64,000 bases of DNA from an uncultured delta proteobacterium (GTDB lineage Bacteria > Myxococcota_A > Polyangia > Fen-1088), in NCBI GenBank assembly GCA_963755125.1, contig CAVWIP010000002.1:1-64000 (forward strand), in the 5' to 3' direction. The translations under genes and the position numbers were made by a program. Numbering within the stretch: position 1 is the stretch's first letter; each line of letters begins with the position of its first letter. The notes below the pieces were generated by a model. It did not search any database. It had not been told where the DNA came from and saw only the letters and a list, made by a program, of their open reading frames with translations. This document shows positions 57,022-64,000 of this stretch, piece by piece.

Positions 57022-58509
57022 ATGCAAATCAGGCCCGACCAGATCGATCCAGATGCCGCCAAGGTGGTCGAGCGGCTGCTCCAGTCCAAACACGAGGCCT
57101 ATCTGGTCGGCGGTTGCGTGCGCGATCTGCTGCTGGGGCGCAAGCCGAAGGATTTCGACGTGGCGACCAGCGCGAAGCCCAACGAGCTGCGCCGTTTGTT
57201 CCGCAATTGCCGCATCATCGGTCGCCGTTTCCGCCTGGCCCATATCTTCTTTGGCAGGAAGATCATCGAGACGTCTACCTTCCGCGCCAATCCGCGCGCA
57301 GCCGTGGACGACCAGGGCGGCAATGGCAACGGCTCCGACGCGAAGGACCTGCTCATCCGGCACGACAACGAGTTCGGCAGCGCCGTTGAGGATGCCCGCC
57401 GCCGCGACTTCACCATCAACGGTCTTTTCTACGACATCAGCACGGGCCAGGTCATCGACCACGTCAACGGGATGGTCGACCTGGAAGCGCGGTTGGTGCG
57501 AACCATCGGCGATCCCGATATCCGCTTCCGCGAGGATCCGATTCGCATCCTGCGGGCGGTGAAATTTGCCGCCCGCTGCGATCTTACCATCGAGCCGGAA
57601 ACCTACCGACGCATGATGGAGCACAAGGGCGAGATCGCCAAGTGTGCCCAAGCTCGGGTTTCCGAGGAGTTCTTCCGTCTCCTGCGCGCGGGCGCGGCTC
57701 GCCGCTCCTTCGAGCTTCTGCTCGGCACCGGCCTGCTCGCGGTTCTGTCGCCCGATCTGGCCAGGGCGCTCCAGCAGGAGCCGGCCGACGAAGCCGCTCG
57801 GGTGCGCCTGGCTCGTTTCTGGGCCTACCTCGCGGCCGTCGACCGCTCGACCACAAGCCGCGAGGAAACTCCCTCGGATGCGTTGGTGCTGGCCACGCTC
57901 CTCCTGCCGCCCTTGCGCGACGCCTTGCACCCCGACAGCACGGCCTTTCCCGACCTGGGGCAGTTGGTCCTGCAATCGGCACAGTCCATTGTCGAGCAGC
58001 TCAAGGCCTCGCGTCGTGATGCGGAGCTGTCGCGTCAGATCTTGCTGGCCACGCGCTACCTGTTCCCGTCGAGCAACCGCCAGCGCCCCAATCTGGAGAG
58101 CCGCGATTTCTACCAGGACGCGCTACGGTTGGTGGAAATCGTCACCGACGCGGAAAGCAGCAACCCTGCTCTGGCAGGCCGGCCGCTGCTTGCCCCCGAG
58201 GGCAGCGCCGTGGCCGTCGCAGATGAAGCGCTGCCCGCCGACCTGCAGCCCTCTCTCGATCGTTCGCGTCGTCGTCGTGGCCGGCGCGACCGCCGCCTTG
58301 CCCAGCCCAGTGCTCCGCTGCGCGCGGGCGAGCTGCCACCCAGCGCGCCCCCGCGCGAAGTGCCAGCAGCGGGGCTTGCGCCTGACCTTCGTTCTCCGGG
58401 ATTGACGCCCATCCCAGGCCTGACCGATCTGTTGCGGCCGGTGTCTCGTCGCCCGGCGTTCCTGGGAGCAGGACCGTTCGGAAGTCGCTGGGGCGCCCGC
58501 GCGGACTAG
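57022..58509 (+). CDS. pcnB: Poly(A) polymerase I
   Basis: VGGCVRD..DFD, PAP signature IIGRRFRLAH, RRDFTIN, EDPIRILRA. Confidence 0.93.
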   Translation: MQIRPDQIDPDAAKVVERLLQSKHEAYLVGGCVRDLLLGRKPKDFDVATSAKPNELRRLFRNCRIIGRRFRLAHIFFGRKIIETSTFRANPRAAVDDQGGNGNGSDAKDLLIRHDNEFGSAVEDARRRDFTINGLFYDISTGQVIDHVNGMVDLEARLVRTIGDPDIRFREDPIRILRAVKFAARCDLTIEPETYRRMMEHKGEIAKCAQARVSEEFFRLLRAGAARRSFELLLGTGLLAVLSPDLARALQQEPADEAARVRLARFWAYLAAVDRSTTSREETPSDALVLATLLLPPLRDALHPDSTAFPDLGQLVLQSAQSIVEQLKASRRDAELSRQILLATRYLFPSSNRQRPNLESRDFYQDALRLVEIVTDAESSNPALAGRPLLAPEGSAVAVADEALPADLQPSLDRSRRRRGRRDRRLAQPSAPLRAGELPPSAPPREVPAAGLAPDLRSPGLTPIPGLTDLLRPVSRRPAFLGAGPFGSRWGARAD

Positions 58510-58513
58510 ACGA

Positions 58514-59194
58514 TCACGGCAGGTAGCGCGTGGGATCCGGGACACCGGCTTCCTGGAAACCGCGCCGCCGGATCTGACACGAGTCGCACGCGCCGCAAGC
58601 CGCGCCGTCGGGCGCGGGATCGTAGCAAGAATGGGTTAGACCGTAGTCGACCCCGAGAGCTGCACCGGCGCGAATGATCTCAGCCTTGGTCATGCCCACC
58701 AGAGGCGCCACCAGTTCGACCGGTCGTCCCTCGACGCCCGCGCGGGTGCCCAGGCGCGCGACCTCTTGCATGGCGCGCAGCCATTCGGGCCGGCAGTCGG
58801 GGTACCCGGAAGAATCGAGGACGTTGATCCCGAGCGCGATGCGCTCGGCGCCCATGATCTCGGCCACCGCCAGCGCGTGCGCCACGAACAAGGTGTTGCG
58901 TGCGGGAACATAGGTCACAGGAATTCCATCCCCGATCTCCGCGTCGCTGCGGCCCTTGGGAACCGCGCCCTGGCCAGTGAGCGCCGAACCGCCCATCCCT
59001 CCCAGATCGATCTTGCACACGCGATGGGAAGCCGCGCCCAGCGCCCGGGCCACGCGTGAGGCCGCCTGCAATTCCACCGCGTGGCGCTGGCCGTAGTGAA
59101 AACTCAGGGTGTGGCACAGAATCCCCTGGGCACGGCACATGGCGAGCACGGTGGCCGAGTCGAGCCCACCGGAAAGCAGCACGATGACCTGCAT
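58514..59194 (-). CDS. queC: 7-cyano-7-deazaguanine synthase
   Basis: LSGGLDS, YGQRH, TYVPARN, GYPDCR, SCY..CGACDSC. Confidence 0.96.
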   Translation of the reverse strand: MQVIVLLSGGLDSATVLAMCRAQGILCHTLSFHYGQRHAVELQAASRVARALGAASHRVCKIDLGGMGGSALTGQGAVPKGRSDAEIGDGIPVTYVPARNTLFVAHALAVAEIMGAERIALGINVLDSSGYPDCRPEWLRAMQEVARLGTRAGVEGRPVELVAPLVGMTKAEIIRAGAALGVDYGLTHSCYDPAPDGAACGACDSCQIRRRGFQEAGVPDPTRYLP

Positions 59195-59228
59195 GTCGGG
59201 AATCTATTGCATACTCTGACCCCTGCCC

Positions 59229-60071
59229 ATGCCCGTGAAGAACGTTTTTCCGCGCGCCGATGAGGAAGCAGGTTCCCGCGAGGCCTTCGAGGACGCCGCG
59301 CTGTACGATTTCGAGTACCGCCGCCGCCGCGCTGACATCAACTTCTACCGGCGCCTGGCCCAGGACCGCACGCAGTTCGCGCCGCCGGGTCCGATCCTGG
59401 ATCTGGCCTGCGGCACAGGGCGGCTGCTGCTGCCGCTGCTCCGCGACGGTCACATGGTGGTCGGGCTCGATCGGTCGGCGTCCATGCTGGCCGCGGCTCG
59501 GCGCCGGGTCGCGCGCCTTTCGGCCACCCGCCGCGCGCACTGCCTGCTGTTGCGGGCCGATCTGCGCAGCTTTGCCCTGCGACCGCGTTTTGCCTTGGCG
59601 GTGGCCGCCTTCCACAGCGTGCAGCACATCTACGCAGAGGCCGATCTGCGGCGCTTTCTACGCGCGACGCGGGCCTGTCTGGTTCCAGGCGGCTGGCTTG
59701 CATTCGACGTGTTGCCGCCGGATCCGGCGTGGATCGGACGCGATCCCCATCGCCGCTGGGGCCGCACCGTGTTCCGCCACCCGGTATCGGGGCAGCGGCT
59801 GGTCTCCACCAACAACCACCGATTCGACCCGCGCAGGCACGTTCTGCACATGCGCTTGTACTACCAGCCCATCGACGAGCACGGCCGCCCCTCGGGGCCG
59901 GAGCGGGTGGTGCCGCTGTGCCACCGGCAGCTTGAGCCGGCCCTGGTCAAGGGCCTGCTGGCCAAAACGGGCTTCCGCCTGCTGGCTTGTTTCGGCGGCT
60001 TCGACGGCAGGCCCGTCGATGGAGATCCAGGCCTGGCAGACGAGCATATCTACCTGGCCGCGGTGCGCTAG
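59229..60071 (+). CDS. Class I SAM-dependent methyltransferase
   Basis: ILDLACGTGR, GLDRS, LVPGG. Confidence 0.9.
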   Translation: MPVKNVFPRADEEAGSREAFEDAALYDFEYRRRRADINFYRRLAQDRTQFAPPGPILDLACGTGRLLLPLLRDGHMVVGLDRSASMLAAARRRVARLSATRRAHCLLLRADLRSFALRPRFALAVAAFHSVQHIYAEADLRRFLRATRACLVPGGWLAFDVLPPDPAWIGRDPHRRWGRTVFRHPVSGQRLVSTNNHRFDPRRHVLHMRLYYQPIDEHGRPSGPERVVPLCHRQLEPALVKGLLAKTGFRLLACFGGFDGRPVDGDPGLADEHIYLAAVR

Positions 60072-60223
60072 TCGGTGCCCTGCGGTAGCGCCTCCCTCGG
60101 CCATGGTTTCGTCGCCCGTCGAGCCCACTCGCGTTCCCCGACGGAAAACTCTTGACGAACTTTGGCTCCTGGCTACGATGCGGGTAGTTCTGATCTCCCC
60201 ACATAAAGACGGAGGGCGGAGAA

Positions 60224-60544
60224 ATGCAGGAAAAAGTAGCAAGGCTGGGAATCGCTCGTGAGAAGGACATGATGTACTACGTGAAGGACGGAGCAGTCTG
60301 GAAGGTCCGTCGCAAGCAGCCGGGTGTGCCGAAGGGAAAGCCCGAGAAGGTTGCGGACGGCGGCTTCGAGATGGACAACAACTACATCTATTTCCTCGAC
60401 AAGGCCGGCGATGCGGCTCGCGCCAAGCGCGCCGTCGGCGGGCAGAAGCGCAAGAAGGCGGCCAAGAAGGCCAAGAAGGCGGCCAAGAAAGCCAAGAAGG
60501 CGGCCAAGAAAGCCAAGAAAGCGGCCAAGAAGAAGCGGCGCTAG
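60224..60544 (+). CDS. Small basic DNA-binding protein (Cc1-like domain + histone-H1-like AAKKAKK tail)
   Basis: EKVA..G..RE...YY/YFLDKAGD.AR twice; 21-bp lysine-rich repeats. Confidence 0.75.
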   Translation: MQEKVARLGIAREKDMMYYVKDGAVWKVRRKQPGVPKGKPEKVADGGFEMDNNYIYFLDKAGDAARAKRAVGGQKRKKAAKKAKKAAKKAKKAAKKAKKAAKKKRR

Positions 60545-60573
60545 CCTGCTTCTCCTGTAATCTCGCAATCAAG

Positions 60574-60606
60574 AGAGCGGCGGTACCCATCCGCCGCTCT
60601 TTTTTT
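60574..60606 (+). terminator. Intrinsic terminator
   Basis: AGAGCGGCGG/CCGCCGCTCT 10-bp stem followed by a T run. Confidence 0.9.
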
Positions 60607-60686
60607 GTCTCGTCGGTTCCGCCGGGTGCATGCCGTCCACGACCACGCAACTTTCCCCTGCTGAAGCCACGGAGTGTTGTTAGGAC

Positions 60687-62371
60687 ATGACAGGCTCTCC
60701 CCGATTTCCTCACAGCCGCGCCCCGACCTGGCGCAGGCTTGCCATCGTCGTCCTTGCCGCTGCGTCGTGCAAGCTCGCGCCGCCCAGTAATTCCCACGGG
60801 AGCACCGGTCAGGGCGGCACAGTTGCAGGCAGCGGTGGGTCAGGCGGCAGCAAGTCCGGCGGCAGCGGCGGGTCAGCCGGGCAAAGTGGCGGCAGCCACT
60901 CCGGCGCAGGCAGCGTGGGCTCGGGCGGGCTGGCCGCCAGCGGCGGAAGCACAGCCATCAATGGCAGCGGAGGCGCTGGTGGCACGGCAAGCAGTTCGGG
61001 CGGCGGAGGTGCGGGTGGAACCTCGGGCAGCGGCGGGACCTCGGGCAGCGGCGGAACCTCGGGTGGCGGCGGAACCTCGGGTGGCGGTGCGACGGCCGGG
61101 AGTGGCGGGGCCAGCTCCGCCGTCGAGGCGCGCGATGCCTCGGTCCCAGACGTCGCGGTCGATACGGCGCCGTCGCGAGGCCCCACGCAATCGACGACTG
61201 GACACAAATTTCCCTTTCCGCAGAATCGAGAGTCCAGCCGATGTGTCTATCCGGCCGGGTACCGCAATGAGGACGTGCAGGCGGCTTACGCGCAGTGGAA
61301 GAGCGACAACGTGACCTCGACTGGCGCCAAGAACTACCTGCGCGTGCAGCGGCCGAACGAGCCGGGGGAAACCTTCAGAAGGGCTCCACCGTTTCCGAGG
61401 GCATCGGCTACGGCATGCTCATCGCCGTCTACATGGACGACCAGAATCTGTTCGACAATCTGTGGATGTACGAGCAGCAGTTTCTCGATGGCACGACCGG
61501 TCTTATGAATTGGTACATCAGTGCCGACGGCTCGGGTCCTGGCACGGCCGCGGACGGTACCTCCGGATCCGGTCCCGCAACCGACGCCGACGAGGACATG
61601 GCTTTTGCGCTGATCATGGCCGACAAGCAGTGGGGGGGGCAACTGGCCATGGCGGGCAAGAACTACATCGACATCGCCAAGGGCCAGCTCACGAAAGTCT
61701 GGGACAACGAGATCTTCAATTACATTTACCTGAAGCCGGGCGCCTGGGGCGACAACACGACCATCAACCTTTCATACTTCGCCCCAGCCTATTACAAGCT
61801 GTTCGCCACGGTCGATACGGCCAACGCAACCAACTGGACCAATGTCGTCAACACCATGTACACGGTGCTCAACGCCTCGCTGAATTCCAGTAATGGCAAC
61901 TCCAGCAATGGGCTCGTGCCTGCCTGGTGTAACAGCAACGGGCAGCCCAATGGGGGCGCCTTCGGGCCCGGCAAGACCGCGCCCACGAACTATCAGTACG
62001 ACTCGTGCCGGACGCCGTTCCGCATTGGCCTCGACTATTGCTGGAATGGCGAGACGCGCGCGAAAAATTACGTGGCCAATACCAGCAGCTTCTTCAGCGG
62101 CATCGGCGCGACCAACATGGTCGACGGCTATGCTCTGAACGGAAACGCGCAGGCGCAGTACCAGACCGGTTCGACCCAGTCGTCGGCGTTTGTCGGGCCG
62201 GCCGGCGTGGGGGCCATGAGCAACTCAAACTATCAGGGCTTCGTCAATGACGCCTATGGCGTGCTGATTACCGGCAAGGCGCTGGTGGGCGGCACGTACT
62301 ACGACGATTCATGGATGGTCATGTCGCTGCTCATGATGACCGCCAATTTTCTCGACTACACGGCGTATTGA
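60687..62371 (+). pseudogene. GH8 glycoside hydrolase lipoprotein, frameshift at G5 61364..61368
   Basis: N-terminal part to QRPNEPG; TVSEGIGYGML, ATDADED, SYFAP and YDSCRTP are in another frame. Confidence 0.85.
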
Positions 62372-62431
62372 GTTCATCCTTCATAGATTCGGTCCGGACG
62401 CGCGAAGCCGGCAATCCTCAGGAGATGTTCC

Positions 62432-64000
62432 ATGCCTAGACTGCCACGATGCACGCTCTTCGTATTGTTGTTCGCGGGGGGGTGCGCTCTCACGCCGGCA
62501 GGGGGCGAGAACGGTGGAAACAGTGGAAACCCGCCGCCGGCCGGAGGCAGCCAGGCAGGGGGCGCGACGGCTGCGAGCACCAGTACGCCCGCCGGGAACT
62601 CCGGCGGAGCGGGCGGCAACTCTGGTGGCAGCACTGTCGCCAGCGCCGGTGGTAGCTCGGGCGGCAGCACAGCCAGCTCCTCGGCCGCGCCGGCCTGCGT
62701 TCCGAATGTGACCAACCTGGTGACTGGCAAGACGCTGATTTGTGACTCGGACCCCAGCTTGAACCCCGATATCGAGATCGAGGGCTCGTTCTATCCCTAC
62801 GGCGACGGGTCGTCATGTGTCACGGCGAACCCGTTTTGCTCGCCGACGGCCGGTTGCTGCATCAGCGGTACTACGGTCGTCGACCCGACCTACGCGAAAT
62901 GGGGTTGCGGCATCGGCCTGGGACTGAACACATCGAGCGGAGCCGCATCGGTGAAGAGCGTCTACAGCGGTCCCGTGCAGTGCTTTGACATCACACTGAC
63001 TGGCAGCAGCGGAAACAACGAGGTGCGCATCGGCTTCACCCAAAGCGCGGCTACGACGAACCAGGTTGCGCCGTACACCTCGGTTGCCGCGTTCACCAAT
63101 GGATGGACCGGACGGGTGTGTTTCAACAGTTCCGAGTGTCCTGTCTGGGCGACAGCGGCCCAGTGCACAAAGGCGGTTGGCACCGAGGGCACGCCGTACG
63201 ACATGCAGATCCAGATTTCCGCGGGCAGCACAGCGGCGTCAGTCGGCGCCTTCAACGTGTGCGTGACCGATATCGCCCCAGTGATCAATCCTGGTACTAC
63301 CGGCACGACCAATAGCTGCAGCACGGTTTCCGGCCAGGGCACCCTCAGCGGTCAGTACGACGCAGCCCATGTGACGTGCAACGGCCAAGACTACATCGTT
63401 CAGAACAACGAGTGGGGCTCGACGGCCGGCCAGACGATCACCTACGGCCCGGGGACGAACTTCAAGGTGACCGTGCAGAATGGCACCGGCGTCGGCGGCG
63501 CACCGGCGTCGTATCCTTCGATCTTTATCGGTGCCAATGGAGGCCGCAGCACTGCGGGCAGCGGATTGCCCAAGGCGGTAAGCGCGCTCGGCACCGTGCA
63601 AACCTCCTGGACCTGGGCCGCGAACGGCGCGTCGGGGGCGTACAACGCTGCCTATGACGTGTGGTTCAGCACGAGTAGTGCAGGTGATCCGTCGTTATCG
63701 GCTCCGAGCGGCGGTTACCTGATGGTCTGGCTCTACAAGCCGACCGCAAATTCGCCGATCGGTTCGATGATCAAGTCGGCCACGATAGGCGGCCAGGACT
63801 GGAACGTCTGGTACGGTAACAATTCATCGAATGGCAAGCCGTGCGTCTCGTATGTGGCGCAACAGAACCTCAACTCGCTATCGTTCGATCTTAACCAGTT
63901 CATCCAGGATGCTGTCACGCGCGGCTATGTCCAGAGCTCGTGGAGCCTGACCAACGTCTTCTCCGGGTTCGAGATCTGGAGCGGCGGCGTCGGGCTGCAG
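62432..64000 (+). CDS. GH12-like lipoprotein, runs off the window end
   Basis: AGGC lipobox; VQNNEWG, YPSIF, YNAAYDVW, GFEIW; absent from the ORF track because no stop lies inside the window. Confidence 0.85.
   Translation, partial: MPRLPRCTLFVLLFAGGCALTPAGGENGGNSGNPPPAGGSQAGGATAASTSTPAGNSGGAGGNSGGSTVASAGGSSGGSTASSSAAPACVPNVTNLVTGKTLICDSDPSLNPDIEIEGSFYPYGDGSSCVTANPFCSPTAGCCISGTTVVDPTYAKWGCGIGLGLNTSSGAASVKSVYSGPVQCFDITLTGSSGNNEVRIGFTQSAATTNQVAPYTSVAAFTNGWTGRVCFNSSECPVWATAAQCTKAVGTEGTPYDMQIQISAGSTAASVGAFNVCVTDIAPVINPGTTGTTNSCSTVSGQGTLSGQYDAAHVTCNGQDYIVQNNEWGSTAGQTITYGPGTNFKVTVQNGTGVGGAPASYPSIFIGANGGRSTAGSGLPKAVSALGTVQTSWTWAANGASGAYNAAYDVWFSTSSAGDPSLSAPSGGYLMVWLYKPTANSPIGSMIKSATIGGQDWNVWYGNNSSNGKPCVSYVAQQNLNSLSFDLNQFIQDAVTRGYVQSSWSLTNVFSGFEIWSGGVGLQ

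Noticed and set aside
58514..59194. queC as part of a Dpd/QatC defence or DNA-modification system
   Set aside because: Canonical short QueC in housekeeping context next to pcnB, with no partner genes

Overview
GC-rich bacterial chromosomal window, probably a polysaccharide-degrading Myxococcota/Polyangia-like organism. This is inferred from the many lipoproteins with Gly/Thr/Ser linkers, the paralogous hybrid kinases and the sigma54 promoters. Contents: an outer-membrane porin, a VapBC-type toxin-antitoxin pair and transposase remnants; a Moco-riboswitch-led moeA-moaA-moaC-MOSC/mogA operon with an MsrP-like molybdoenzyme; six glycoside hydrolases (GH105, GH5, GH26, GH2, GH8, GH12); a Tgl-like transglutaminase; MetF; an IS630 element; a Rieske/DUF2231/DUF5777/cupredoxin cluster; four related histidine kinases; an AAA-DUF4143 + Schlafen/AlbA_2 pair; dipZ, glgC, usp, tal, pcnB, queC; and a Cc1/histone-H1-like protein. 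The most striking unannotated feature is a 103-bp TA-flanked palindromic miniature element present twice. It adds exactly 35 codons, is open in one orientation and stop-containing in the other, and one copy disrupts a hybrid kinase just before its H-box. Also notable are a ~310-bp inverted repeat that may mark an 11.5-kb inversion and a candidate two-gene defence module. All family calls come from recognising motifs by eye, not from database searches. No rRNA, tRNA or CRISPR array was seen.
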